The notes under the pieces are model-generated. The model searched no databases. It had not been told where the DNA came from and saw only the letters and a list, made by a program, of their open reading frames with translations. A stretch of DNA of 63,966 bases, filler included, from Malassezia furfur (taxonomy: Eukaryota), in assembly GCA_052055015.1 (NCBI GenBank). It is 3 parts of 3 records of this genome, joined end to end, with 100 filler letters (N's around TTAATTAATTAA, not from the genome) between each part and the next. Parts side by side here need not be neighbours in the genome. Positions count along the whole stretch, not along the records: positions 1 to 24,042 come from JBQJIT010000144.1; 2 more parts are not named here. The stretch is one strand, 5' to 3'. Positions 1 to 10,635 of the stretch are shown here, one piece after another. The stretch's first letter is position 1, and each line of letters starts with the position of its first letter. A program made the translations under genes and the position numbers.

Positions 1-2544
1 ATGCAGCGCCTCGCCGTGCCCGGAGCCGGCGCGCGGCAGCTCAGGCGCGGCGGCGTCGTCGCTCGCGCCTGCGACGGCGGTGCGCGACGCATACCGCGTC
101 TGGTTGTAAAACTGGATGAGCGCGCGCAGCGTCTGCTCCTCGGCGAGCGACGCGTCGACCTGTGCGTCGATGTCGCTGCCGCCCAGCCAGTCGTCGCGCA
201 GGCCAGGCTTGCACAGCAGGTAGATGAGCGTGATGATGCGCATGTTCGACTGGCGCCACTTGCGCCCACAGAACGGCACCTGGCTCTTGATCAGCTTGAG
301 CACGTATTGCTGCAGGGGGGTGTGCTGGACCCGCAGCGAGCGCTTGAGGATCGCCGCGCTCTTGTACTGCACAAGAAGGAGGATGCGGTGCACCTTGTGC
401 TTGCACACCTTGTGCAGGATGCGCGTGAGGTGCATCGTCGTCGCAAAGTTGCGCCACGAGTATGCGGCGCTCGTCCCGTCTGGGCCGCGCACGGCGTGCG
501 TCAGGCGTGGCGGGTCGTTGGGGAACGCATCCCACACGTCGCCGACACACAAGTGGCTCGCGGCGAGCAGCGCCTGCGGCGTCGTCGGCGGTGCGCCGCG
601 ACGCATGCGCCGGCAGTAGGCGAGCATGCCGAACGCCTCGACCTCGCTGCGCCATCGCACAAACTGGCTCACCTCCTGCAGGCCAAAGATCTTGAGGATG
701 AGCAGGAGGATGTTGGAGTCGAGCATGACCTGCGCGACGTACTCAAACTTGAGCACGTGGCTCGTCTTGCACCAGCGCAGCGTGAGCAGCAGCAGCGCAC
801 TGATCGCCTTGTTGAGGATCTCGCGATGACGCACAATGTCCATGTCCTCAAGCGTCGGCTCGGGCGCCTTTTCGGACGGGACACCCTCGGCGACCGCGCG
901 CGCATACGCACTGCTCGTCCCACCCGACGTCGTGGTGGCCAGCATGAGCTTCAGCAGGACGATCACGGCGCTCTGCAAATCCGGCAGAATCGCACCATAC
1001 ACTTGATCGACCCACGCGAGGCGCTCGTCGGCCCACGCGGCGTCGGTGGGCGGTGCCGGTGCGTCGGCCGGCGCGCCAAGCGGCAGCGCAGCCAGTGCGC
1101 GCTGCAACGCACTCACGGCCGCCTCCATCCCATTCGCGTCTGTCGTGTCGCCCTGCATCTCGGATATGAGCTGCTCGCGCACCGCACACGTCTGCCACAC
1201 GCCGGTGTCGATGTGCAAGTGGCTGCCGTACAGCTGCAGCGCCTCTTGGATGCTCGCCGGCACCGCGTCGTGCATCGCCAGCTCGGGCGCGTACGGCAGG
1301 ACAAACGGGCGCGACTGGTCCGTCTGGAACTTGAGCTTGCCCTGGCGCATCGGCAGCGGCGCCGATGTGCCGCTGCCGCCGCCGTTGCCGTTGCCGTTGC
1401 CCGCCGAGGGCGGCGACGTGGCGTGCTCGTCGGACGCGTGGCGTGCAGGCAGCGGCTGCGTCGCCATCGCAAGCTCCTCGGCACCGTGCAGGCGCTGCAG
1501 CGCACCGGCATGCAGCAGCGTTGGGTACTTGGCCGCCAGCTCCGCGCTAAACTGCCGGATATCGTCGGGCGTCGTTGGGCTGCGTATTGCATCTTTGGTA
1601 CGCGCGCCAAGGCCTTCTTTTTGACGCGTACGCGCCTTGGCCACCTCAATCGCACGGGCGCCGCCGAGTGTCGCGAGCAGCGACTTCCACAGGAGCAGCA
1701 CGAGCTTTTTCACAGGGAACCCCTTGATGCTCTTCTCGCGCAAGTTGGCCACGAAGCGGAAGAGGAACACGGGCAGAGGTGGGTCGAGCGCCATGAGCGC
1801 CTCGCCCAGTGCGTCGTCGCCGCGCAGCATCTCGAGGAGGGTGTAGAGCTGCGCAAAGTGCACCGTCACCTCGACGTTGATCTCCTCCATGTACTCGGCC
1901 TTGGTCTCGGGCGTGAGCAGCGCGTCGCGCTGCGCATCGCGCGCATCGGGGGGAAGGTAGTCGGGCAGCGCACTGAACCACTCGTGCTTCCAGCACGCGC
2001 GCTTCGCCGCGACAAAGATGTCGTCCACCCCGCCAAGGTCCAACAGCTGCTGGGCGTTTTCACGCACCCAATGCATCTGCTCGTCGTCACTCGTCACGTC
2101 ATCAAACGTGCCCTGAAGATGGTAAAGCAACGCGCGCGATGCACACAGCCGTGCCGCGGGGTCCTGCAAGTCGAGCGCGGCGAGCAGGCGCTGCAGCACC
2201 TGCCGCCGCACGCGCGCCGGCAGCGCCGGCCACGCATCCTGGCGGTATTCCGCGGGGACGATGGCGTCCCAGTGCGTTGCACACCACTCGATCCAGCTCT
2301 CGCGGTTCTCGACAAAGAGCGGGGCCTCGACGTACGAGTAGAACTCCTCCAGCTCGTTCTCGTGCACGTCGGCGTCGTCGTGCATGACGAACGGCACCTC
2401 GTGCGCGGCGAGAAGCGCACGCACCGCGTCGCTGTGCGCTTCCGCATCTACCGCGGTGCTCGCGTTCGCGCTCTCGTCGCGCACGGGTGCTCGCCCGTCG
2501 CCATCGGCCACGCGCGCACCCGCGGGGTCTCCGCGTCCCACCAT
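1..2544 (-). CDS. FAR11: STRIPAK complex subunit Far11/STRIP1 (N1221 + DUF3402), 3' end runs off the window
   Basis: Open minus-strand frame from ATG at 2544 (MVGRGDPAG...HENELEEFYSYVE...LLYHLQGTF) to the window edge. C-terminal block HKVCKHKVHRILLLVQYKSAAILKRSL...LKLIKSQVPFCGRKWRQSNMRIITLIYL...LRDDWLGGSD is typical of Far11. Missing from the ORF track because there is no stop in the window. Confidence 0.88.
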   Translation of the reverse strand, partial: MVGRGDPAGARVADGDGRAPVRDESANASTAVDAEAHSDAVRALLAAHEVPFVMHDDADVHENELEEFYSYVEAPLFVENRESWIEWCATHWDAIVPAEYRQDAWPALPARVRRQVLQRLLAALDLQDPAARLCASRALLYHLQGTFDDVTSDDEQMHWVRENAQQLLDLGGVDDIFVAAKRACWKHEWFSALPDYLPPDARDAQRDALLTPETKAEYMEEINVEVTVHFAQLYTLLEMLRGDDALGEALMALDPPLPVFLFRFVANLREKSIKGFPVKKLVLLLWKSLLATLGGARAIEVAKARTRQKEGLGARTKDAIRSPTTPDDIRQFSAELAAKYPTLLHAGALQRLHGAEELAMATQPLPARHASDEHATSPPSAGNGNGNGGGSGTSAPLPMRQGKLKFQTDQSRPFVLPYAPELAMHDAVPASIQEALQLYGSHLHIDTGVWQTCAVREQLISEMQGDTTDANGMEAAVSALQRALAALPLGAPADAPAPPTDAAWADERLAWVDQVYGAILPDLQSAVIVLLKLMLATTTSGGTSSAYARAVAEGVPSEKAPEPTLEDMDIVRHREILNKAISALLLLTLRWCKTSHVLKFEYVAQVMLDSNILLLILKIFGLQEVSQFVRWRSEVEAFGMLAYCRRMRRGAPPTTPQALLAASHLCVGDVWDAFPNDPPRLTHAVRGPDGTSAAYSWRNFATTMHLTRILHKVCKHKVHRILLLVQYKSAAILKRSLRVQHTPLQQYVLKLIKSQVPFCGRKWRQSNMRIITLIYLLCKPGLRDDWLGGSDIDAQVDASLAEEQTLRALIQFYNQTRYASRTAVAGASDDAAAPELPRAGSGHGEALH

Positions 2545-2605
2545 CGTCGTGGCGCGGCGTGCAAGTCACGTGGCACTGCCGCCGTCGGACCGAGCTCGGA
2601 CCGCC

Positions 2606-4048
2606 ATGTGGTCGTGTTGGTTGCTGGGCGTGCTGGCCGTCGCCGCGCGCGTGGTGCTCGCGGGCGCCGCGGGCAACCGCCTGCTTGTTGTTGTCGAATC
2701 CGATGCACAGCCGTCGTATACGCGCTTCCTCGAGAGCCTGGATCGCCGGGGGTACGAAGTGACGCTGCGCGACGCTGCGTCGGTCAAGAAGGACAGTGCA
2801 CTGTACGACTTCGGCGAGCGCGCATTTGATCACATTGCGCTGCTCGTGCCTGAGCTCAAGGGGCTCAAGGGCGCACTCGCGCCGCAGGCGCTCGTGCAAT
2901 TCGCCGAGGACGGCGGGAACCTGTTCGTCGCCCTTTCTCCGCAGCTCTCCGAGGCCTGGCGCGACTTTGCGCGCGAGTTTTCGCTGGAGTTTGCCGAGCG
3001 CGGCACGAGCCTGGTGGACCACTTTGGGTACAACCGCGAGCGTGACATGGGCGACCACACCGCCGTGCTCGTCGGTGGCCAGCGTGCGCACTTTTCCGCG
3101 GGCGGCGCAGCAAACCCGGTTGTGTTCTCCGATGCGACGCGCGCGGCGCTCGCGACGCAGCCGCTGACCTACCGCGGCATTGCGCACTGGATTGGGCCCA
3201 ACCCGCTTGCGTTCCCGCTGCTCGTCCCCCCGTCGACGGCGTACGAGTCCGAGGTGCCCAAGGTGTCGGGCACGGGCCCCGACGCCGTCCTCACCAACGT
3301 GGAGCAGCTCGAGCGGCCCAGCGACGCGGCGCAGCTGCTCGTGGGCTTTGACGCCACCGCGCCGGATGCCACGGCGGCGCTCGCGTCCGCCGTGCAGCTG
3401 CGCACCAACTCGGCGCGCGTCGTGTTTGTGGGCAGCACCGAGCTGCTCCAGAACGCGGCCTTGGACGACGCTGTGTCCCGTGCGGTGGTCGACGACCTGA
3501 CCGCGTGGGCGTTCCAGGAGCGCGGCGTGCTCCGTGTCGTCCGCTCGACGCACGAGCGGTGCCGCGAGTCCGAGGCGGACACGCGCCCCGACTACGAGGA
3601 GGAGGTGGGCGTGGCGACCAAGATGTACCGCATCAAGGACCGCGTCTACTTTACCATGGACGTACAGCAGTTCCGCGAGGGCCGCTGGATGGCCGCGCCG
3701 ACCGACCTCGACGTACAGTTGGCGATTACGATGCTCGACCCCTACGTCACGGTGCCGCTCGAGGCCAGCGTCGTGGGCGACGTCGCGCGGTACACGGGCA
3801 CCTTCCGCCTGCCGGACCGCCACGGCGTGTTCACGTTCCGTGTGAACTGGAAACGGCACGGATGGACGTACCTTCTATCCGAGGACGTGGCGCCCGTGCG
3901 CCCCTTCAACCACGACGAGTACCCGCGCATGCTGAGCAGCTCGTGGCCGTACGTCGCGGGGGCGATCTCGACCATGGTCGGGTTCGTGGTGTTCTGTATC
4001 CAGTGGATCTATCTGTCCACCAGCAAGGTGCCGAAAAAGGTCGAGTAG
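2606..4048 (+). CDS. WBP1: Oligosaccharyltransferase 48 kDa subunit (Wbp1/OST48)
   Basis: Signal peptide MWSCWLLGVLAVAARVVLA; motifs ARVVFVGS, YRIKD, MLDPY, FRLPDRHGVFTFRVNWKRHG, VRPFNHDEYPR; C-terminal TM helix and KKVE dilysine ER-retrieval signal. Confidence 0.93.
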   Translation: MWSCWLLGVLAVAARVVLAGAAGNRLLVVVESDAQPSYTRFLESLDRRGYEVTLRDAASVKKDSALYDFGERAFDHIALLVPELKGLKGALAPQALVQFAEDGGNLFVALSPQLSEAWRDFAREFSLEFAERGTSLVDHFGYNRERDMGDHTAVLVGGQRAHFSAGGAANPVVFSDATRAALATQPLTYRGIAHWIGPNPLAFPLLVPPSTAYESEVPKVSGTGPDAVLTNVEQLERPSDAAQLLVGFDATAPDATAALASAVQLRTNSARVVFVGSTELLQNAALDDAVSRAVVDDLTAWAFQERGVLRVVRSTHERCRESEADTRPDYEEEVGVATKMYRIKDRVYFTMDVQQFREGRWMAAPTDLDVQLAITMLDPYVTVPLEASVVGDVARYTGTFRLPDRHGVFTFRVNWKRHGWTYLLSEDVAPVRPFNHDEYPRMLSSSWPYVAGAISTMVGFVVFCIQWIYLSTSKVPKKVE

Positions 4049-4108
4049 CTAGCGACGTAGCCTACGTACGCGACATGTGCCATGCTGCCCCGCGTCACGG
4101 CGGGCACG

Positions 4109-6328
4109 CTACCCTACGAACACGACGCCAGCCACACCGGTACCGGACGCCCATGCGCTACCGGGGAGCGCCCAGCTGAGCGCCGGGATATGCATCGTCG
4201 CGCCCCGCTCTGTCACACGCGACAACAGCGCGTCGGCCTCGGCCCGTGCCGCCGAATGCACCAGTCGAATGTGCAGTGCCCGTGTCAGCAGCGCAGCTAC
4301 GACGTCGGCCGCCTCGTCGGCCTTGTCGTCCATGCCCGGCATCGCGTCGAGCGTCGCGACGCCCAGGAACGTATCGAGTTTCGGCACGTGCGACAGGCGG
4401 TAGGTGCACCGCACGCCGCACCGCACAAACGACCCGGCACGCACGTTGGGCGTAGCATAGGCCTCGTCATCCTCTGTCTCGACAAAGCGCGAGCGGCCCA
4501 CACTCGCGGTGAGCTGCCATTCGACTGCCGCCTGCTTCGGCAGCGCATCGTCCGCAAGGCGTACAAGCAGTAGCGGCATCGACTCCGGCGTGCGGCCCTC
4601 ACCGAGCCACGTCGTGTCGTCCACGCCCTGCTGGTGCGCATGCCCTACGTCGTCGTCTGCGCTGGTCTCGCATGCCTCGCGCCAGGCCTGCGCAACAGCG
4701 GCACCGAGCGCATCCGCATGCCGCGAGGCGACCCAGCACAGACCGCCCTCGACGTACCCCTCGCTCTGTGCGTAGCTCCATTCACGCACAGCCAGTACAA
4801 TTCTGCGCACATGCTGCAGTGCCAACGCGAGCTGCAGCGCCTCGTCGGGCGGCACACGCAGCGTCGCGGGCTCCATGCCGATCTGTCCGGCGATCCAGAT
4901 GCGGTGGTCCGTGCACACGGCCTGCGAGTAGGGGCCAATGTTCGCGGGGGCCCAGTAGCTCAGGCTCTGGACGTGGAGCGCACGGCGGCTCGAAGGGTGA
5001 GTATCGTGGAACGCGACTGCGTCCAGCGCGACGCGTGCGCCGCCCGTGCCCAGCGGCACGCCGACACACGCACGCGACGGTGGCGCTGCGCCGAAAAACG
5101 TGCAGTACACGGCGTTGAAGGCAGGAAAGAGTGACTGCGATGCGAGGTAGACGTTGACGTGGCACACGTCGGTCATGGAAAACCCGTGCGCCGCCAAGGT
5201 ATCTGCGAGGCGTGTCATCGCAGAGTGTGTTTCTTGCGCAAAGTCGTCGTGAGTCACGCCAGCAATGTCGCCGACCGCCAGCCATGCGCCACGGACGTAC
5301 ACAGCCGGTGCCAATGGCTCGGCAGGCAGCGCTGCCACGGACACAGCTTCGTTCTCGCCATGCGCTGCGTGCGTACGGGCCACCGCATATGTATGCTCGC
5401 CCATTGGGTCGAGGAGCGGCGGCGCCTGCAGCGCGGCCCGCACGGCCTCCTCGCCAAACGAGTCCGGCGGTTTGGGGACGAGCTCGGTCTCTTGGACGCG
5501 GAGGTAGCTGACGCTCGCAAATGCTGCATCGGCGTGCACCACCGTCTCAGTTTGGTGACTGTGTTAGCCGTCCACGTACATCGCAATTCGCTTCACAAAC
5601 AGCGGCGCGTCGATGGTCAATGTTTCGTATTCGCCGCCCTCGCCGCAAATATGGGCGCCGTACAGCGCGTTCTGAGGTGAGACTGGCACGTACGAGCTGT
5701 GCGAGTTTTGGTTGCATCTGCTGCAGCGTCTTGCCCAGGTCACGCTCTGTGAGCCCAATGCCCGCGACCTTGAGCAGAACTGCAACGAGACCGGAGCGCA
5801 CCATTTCGTCGAGAAGGTGCGCCTGGTTGCGTTGCCAAAGAAATGCCAGGGGCTGGAGCTGCAAGTCGCTGCGCCGCGCGCTGCATCAGCTATGCAACAT
5901 ACACATGTTCGACGCGCACGCGCTGGTAGTTGGACAGGATCGCACCGGCACTCACGCCCTCGACGTCGGGGTGAGCCGCCTTGACGGTCTGCAGCAGGCG
6001 GTACAAGTCCTCGGTTTCGTCGCCCACCTGTGCACCGGACGTGCTTGGATCACGCGCACCATACACCGCATCCTGGTTAACGGCGGTACCGGTGATGTGC
6101 GCGCGGTACAATGGCACCTGCAGCGCGTCGGCAACTGCCTGCACCGCGTCATGCCCGACCGTTTGGTACATGTACGAGTCGATCTCATCTGGGTAAGGTC
6201 GCGCGCATACCTTTGCCTCCAGGTGGTGCGAGTGTCGCGACCGCGACCACCTCGTGGCCCTGCAACACGCAGTGGCACAGGTTGAAGCAGCTGTCCTTGC
6301 CGCCGGACAGCAGGCCCACGACCTTCAT
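4109..6328 (-). CDS. DPH6: Diphthine--ammonia ligase with C-terminal YjgF/RidA-like domains; 4 introns
   Basis: MKVVGLLSGGKDSCFN, DEIDSYMYQTVG, GAILSNYQRVRVE, HICGEGGEYETL, LHVQSLSYWAPANIGPYSQA. The frame is restored by GT-AG introns at 6189-6210 (22 nt), 5881-5902 (22), 5672-5693 (22) and 5559-5579 (21, contains an in-frame TAA). Confidence 0.92.
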
Positions 6329-6376
6329 CGCGTTGGTGTGGAGGTGCAGGAAGCGCCGGGGTTTTTGCCTCGTGCC

Positions 6377-8746
6377 ATGTCGCTGCACGCCGTGACGCCC
6401 AGCGTGCGCGTATGCGCGCGCGCCGTGCTCCGGCCGTATACCCCTCTGCTGTGCCGGTGGCGCACATCGTCGGCACCGCGCACCAAGGAGCCGCGTCGGA
6501 CGCCACCGCGCCGCGCCATCCCGAAACTTGCCGAGCCGCCCAAGCCGATCTCGGTTGCGTCGGTGAAGCGGCGCATTGGCGACACGGCGCGGCACCTCGC
6601 CGATGACGACGCAACGGTAGCTGTGCTCGCAGGGCTTGGTATTGAGCGGAGCGCGCTGCATGCCGTGCTCGCCGCGCAGCCACGCGCTCTTCGCGACAGC
6701 GCACGCGTCGATGCGCGTGCACTGCGCGCCGACGACGTGCATGCTCTCACGCGCGCCGCGGTGCAGTGCTGGTCCGCAGCGCACGCCTCCAAGCGCGCGT
6801 CTTCGCAGCAGTTTGCGCCATACGCCGCGATCGCCGCCGAGTTTGACGGCGTCGGTGAGCTGGCGATCCAGCGTGCATGTGTACACGCGTTTCTGGCGTG
6901 GCTTACAAGCGAGCTGCGCACGCGCCTCGCCCGTGTTCATACCGAGCGCCTTGCGCCCGAGGTCGCCGTTGCTGTGCATGCGTCGCTGCGGCAGATTCAG
7001 CTGCTGTACGACGTGACGGACCTGCGTGTCCCCGAGAACGCCTATGCGACCGCCCGCACCCTCACGCGCCAGATTCACATGCACGTCGGCCCGACCAACT
7101 CGGGCAAGACGCACGGTGCGCTCGTGGCACTCTCGCGCGCACGCACGGGCCTGTACTGTGGCCCGCTGCGCCTGCTCGCGCACGAGGTGTGGGAGCGCCT
7201 CAACGAGGGGACAATTGCCCCGTCGATTCCGCCGCGCGCCTGCAACCTGCGTACGGGCGAGGAGCAGCAAATTGTCGACCCGCTTGCCGGACTCGTGTCG
7301 TGCACGGTCGAGATGGCCGACCCCAACAGCGCCTACGACGTTGCGGTCGTCGACGAGATCCAGATGATTGCCGACATGCAGCGCGGCTCGGCGTGGACGC
7401 AGGCGGTGCTCGGCCTTGCGGCCAAGGAGCTGCATGTGTGTGGCGAGGCGAGCGCCGTGCCGCTCGTGCAGCGCCTTGCGCAGCTGTGTGGCGACGTGCT
7501 GCATGTGCACGAGTACGAGCGGCTGACGCCGCTGGCCGTGGCGCCACACAGCCTGCGCAACGACTTGCGGCAGATCCAGCGCGGCGACTGTGTCGTGGCG
7601 TTCAGTCGGAGTGCCATCTTCCAGCTCAAGAAGCAGATCGAGGACCAAACGGGCCTGCAGTGTGCGGTGGCGTACGGCAGCCTTCCCCCCGAGACCAAGA
7701 GCGAGCAGGCGAAACTGTTCAACACCGGCAAGCTTGATGTGATGGTGGCGAGCGACGCCATCGGCATGGGCCTCAACCTCAAGATCCGCCGCGTCATCTT
7801 TGATGCGGTGACCAAGTGGAACGGTACGGAAAACGTTCCCTTGTCCATCTCGCAGATCAAGCAGATCGCCGGCCGCGCGGGACGCTACGGCACGCACGAC
7901 AGCAACGCGGGCGGCCTGGCGCTCACGCGCCACGAGAACGACATGCCGATGCTGCGTGCGGCGCTCGCGGCGCCCACGCTGCCGCTCGGCCGTGCGGCGT
8001 TGCAGCCCGCCAGTGGGCTGCTTGAGTCGTTGGCGCTGTTGCTCCCGCTCAAGGACGAGGCGCGGCGGGCACCTGCGCCGCGCGGGCGCCGAGCGCGAGC
8101 GCTTGCGGCGCTGTACGAGGACATGACGCTCCTGGCGCACATTGAGCCGCGCTCATTTGCGCTCGCCAACTTTGCGTCGCAGCAGGCCATTGCGCCGATC
8201 GTCGAGCAGCGCAGCCGCAACAGCCTGACGCACCCCGAGAAGGAGAAGTGGGCGAATGCGCCAGTGAACCTGCGCGACGAGCGGCTCGTGGCGTGGTTCG
8301 GAAACGCCGTGGCGCTGTATGCACGCGGCGCACTCATCCCGTTTGAGGCGTGCGCCGCAGGGCTCGGCACGCTCGAGACCGAGGCGGGGGTCGTCGGTGC
8401 GATGCAGCGTGCGCGGCAGCGGCGCGACGAGGCCGGCACGCCACACGAGCCGCTCGAGCTGTTTACGCACGCGGACGACGCCGAGTTGTTGACGATCGAC
8501 ACGTTGATGCTCCTCGAGTCGCATCACCGCTCCATGTCGCTCTACCTCTGGCTGTCGTACCGCTTCCCCCTGGCCTTTTGCTTCCAGGCGGCCGTCGAGC
8601 AGCGCAAGGCGCGCACCGAGGATGCGATCGAGTTCTGCTTGCGCGCGATCCGCTTCCAGCGCGCGCGCCGCCTGACGCGCCTGGGGCGCGGCGACGAGGT
8701 GCGTCCCGAGCATCGCCGTGCGGTGCAGCGCGTATATAGTACATAA
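6377..8746 (+). CDS. SUV3: Mitochondrial ATP-dependent RNA helicase Suv3
   Basis: Arg-rich presequence; HVGPTNSGKT, YCGPLRLLAHE, DEIQMI, GDCVVAFSR, VASDAIGMGLNLKIRR, QIAGRAGRYG. Confidence 0.95.
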   Translation: MSLHAVTPSVRVCARAVLRPYTPLLCRWRTSSAPRTKEPRRTPPRRAIPKLAEPPKPISVASVKRRIGDTARHLADDDATVAVLAGLGIERSALHAVLAAQPRALRDSARVDARALRADDVHALTRAAVQCWSAAHASKRASSQQFAPYAAIAAEFDGVGELAIQRACVHAFLAWLTSELRTRLARVHTERLAPEVAVAVHASLRQIQLLYDVTDLRVPENAYATARTLTRQIHMHVGPTNSGKTHGALVALSRARTGLYCGPLRLLAHEVWERLNEGTIAPSIPPRACNLRTGEEQQIVDPLAGLVSCTVEMADPNSAYDVAVVDEIQMIADMQRGSAWTQAVLGLAAKELHVCGEASAVPLVQRLAQLCGDVLHVHEYERLTPLAVAPHSLRNDLRQIQRGDCVVAFSRSAIFQLKKQIEDQTGLQCAVAYGSLPPETKSEQAKLFNTGKLDVMVASDAIGMGLNLKIRRVIFDAVTKWNGTENVPLSISQIKQIAGRAGRYGTHDSNAGGLALTRHENDMPMLRAALAAPTLPLGRAALQPASGLLESLALLLPLKDEARRAPAPRGRRARALAALYEDMTLLAHIEPRSFALANFASQQAIAPIVEQRSRNSLTHPEKEKWANAPVNLRDERLVAWFGNAVALYARGALIPFEACAAGLGTLETEAGVVGAMQRARQRRDEAGTPHEPLELFTHADDAELLTIDTLMLLESHHRSMSLYLWLSYRFPLAFCFQAAVEQRKARTEDAIEFCLRAIRFQRARRLTRLGRGDEVRPEHRRAVQRVYST

Positions 8747-8747
8747 C

Positions 8748-10574
8748 CTACGAGGCTTGCGCCCGGCGCGCGTCGTCGCCCTCGGCACCCGCCCACGGGA
8801 GCACCGTGGGCCAGTCCCACGCGTACACGAGCGTGCCGGCGATCGGCATCTTGATGCGCTCGCCGCGGATCGGCTCTTCTTCGAGCTCCTCGGCCTGCTC
8901 TTCGGCGCGCAGCTGCCGCCGCTGCTCGGCGAGCTGCGCGGCAAGCGCGAAACGCAGCCGCTCGAGCGCAGGGTGCAGAATCGAGTTGCCCCCGCGGTAC
9001 CGGTTCACCATGCCGCTCAGCGAGTGCCGGTGCTGCACGGACATCATCGTGCCGGTCATCAGCGTACGGCTCGCCGCCATGCCGTGGAACACGCGCTCGG
9101 TGCGGTGGTCGTCGAGCAGCGCCGGCGGGTCGCCGCTCCGCGAAAAGACGCGCAGGAGCGACGGCGGCGCCACGATGCGCATGCCCGTGTACAGGTGCGT
9201 GGGGTAGCGGTACCCGAGCGTGGGGAACAGCGCGCCGGATGGCGGTGCCATCGCCACGCTTCGCCCGTGGGGGTGCACGGGCATGAACACGGGCGTGGCG
9301 TGCGCCGAGTCCTCGACGCTGCCCTGCGCGCTGGGGATGGTGATCAGCAAGCTGGGGCCAGGCACCCACGACGGCGACGCGGGGTGCACATACACACACC
9401 CGTGCAGCGAGTCGTTCGGCACGTAGCGCATGGGATCCGCAAAGCAGTGCGCGAGCCGCCGGCGCTTCACGGCGCCGTCCACAAACGCCGCCGAGTTGGG
9501 GTTGACGTGGTGGGAGTGTGTGAGCGAGGTGAGGTACACAGGCACTGGGTGCTCGGCCTCTTCGCTCAGCTCGTCGTACGCGTGCACAAACGCGTCGAGC
9601 GACGTGCGCTTGGGCGGTGCACGCGGCGCGCCGAGGCCGGCCTGGGCGAGCGCCGCATCAAGCGACGGCAGCTCGGCGGCAGGCGGTGCGCCTTCCTGCA
9701 GCGAGCCAAGGTACACCGGCGCGCGGCGGCGCCAGATGCGCCGGATGCCGTCCGCATCGAGCTCGCCGGCGCCGGGCGCTGGCAGCGTGGGCGGCGGCGG
9801 CGGGCGCGCAATCGGCTCCGCGGACGCCTCGTCCTTGACGGCGGGGGGAGGCGTCGCATCGTCTACCTGCATGGCCTCTTCGGCCTCGCGAGCCAACGCG
9901 TCCCAGTCGGGCAACGGGGGGAGGTAAGGGGGGATGTAGGGCGTGTCGGACGGCGTGCGGAGGTCGTCGCCGGTGGCCTCGTCGGTGGCCGTCTCGGAGG
10001 TGCTCGTGTCGGTGTCGGGCGCATCGCCCCACACCCACGCGTCTTCTTCGGCCTCTTCCTTCGCGCGGCACACTTCGAGGCGCGCCTGCATGGCGTCCGA
10101 GACCGGCGCATAGTACACACACGTCGGTGCCGGCTTTTCGGGGGGCACGAGCAAGTCTGGGTAAGCTAGGCCGCACGTACATTCACGCAGCCGGGCGCGC
10201 TGCTGCTGCTCGGCGTCCGGGAAGAGGTGCGCAGCGTCGCGCGTCCACACCTGCTCGTCGTCGGCCCACTCCTGGAGCTCGGCGAGCGCGCCGGTGCCCA
10301 TCACGTCCTCGAGCGCATACGCGACGTCCCATACATTCGCGTCGGTGCGGTTCGCGTCGGCGGCACACGCCGCGGCGGTGCGGGCCAGCAGAGAGACGTA
10401 GCGCTGCACAAGCTCGGCGAGTACGGCGACGGCGTTCGCGCTGCCGCCGTGGAAGCCGGCGGCGGAGAGGAGCATCGGCACAATGGTCGTGAGCTGCGCA
10501 TACGCAAAGTCGCGCGCGGGATGCACGCCCGGCGCAACACGGCGCAGCACGGTGCCCGAAGCGTCTTTGCCCAT
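8748..10574 (-). CDS. Bromodomain-associated (BTP, histone-fold) protein, TAF8/TAF3-like
   Basis: N-terminal LLSAAGF...AVAVLAELVQRYVSLLA...ANRTDANVWDVAYALED histone-like fold; PYIPPYLPPLP motif; probable in-frame 24-nt intron at 10157-10180. Confidence 0.65.
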   Translation of the reverse strand: MGKDASGTVLRRVAPGVHPARDFAYAQLTTIVPMLLSAAGFHGGSANAVAVLAELVQRYVSLLARTAAACAADANRTDANVWDVAYALEDVMGTGALAELQEWADDEQVWTRDAAHLFPDAEQQQRARLRECTCGLAYPDLLVPPEKPAPTCVYYAPVSDAMQARLEVCRAKEEAEEDAWVWGDAPDTDTSTSETATDEATGDDLRTPSDTPYIPPYLPPLPDWDALAREAEEAMQVDDATPPPAVKDEASAEPIARPPPPPTLPAPGAGELDADGIRRIWRRRAPVYLGSLQEGAPPAAELPSLDAALAQAGLGAPRAPPKRTSLDAFVHAYDELSEEAEHPVPVYLTSLTHSHHVNPNSAAFVDGAVKRRRLAHCFADPMRYVPNDSLHGCVYVHPASPSWVPGPSLLITIPSAQGSVEDSAHATPVFMPVHPHGRSVAMAPPSGALFPTLGYRYPTHLYTGMRIVAPPSLLRVFSRSGDPPALLDDHRTERVFHGMAASRTLMTGTMMSVQHRHSLSGMVNRYRGGNSILHPALERLRFALAAQLAEQRRQLRAEEQAEELEEEPIRGERIKMPIAGTLVYAWDWPTVLPWAGAEGDDARRAQAS

Positions 10575-10635
10575 CGCGGCGGTCGCCAACCCTCGAATCC
10601 AGCGGATGGGTGGACCTACATAATTCCCCTACATC

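Noticed and set aside
1..2829. 942-aa plus-strand ORF, and similar long ORFs (e.g. 21118-23685, 52371-55154, 10723-12393, 6185-8140)
   Set aside because: Antisense shadows of real genes (FAR11, the MUN-domain gene, amidohydrolase, IML2, SUV3). High GC3 removes stops on the opposite strand, and the translations show no independent family motifs (6185-8140 only picks up DPH6 exon 1 at its end).
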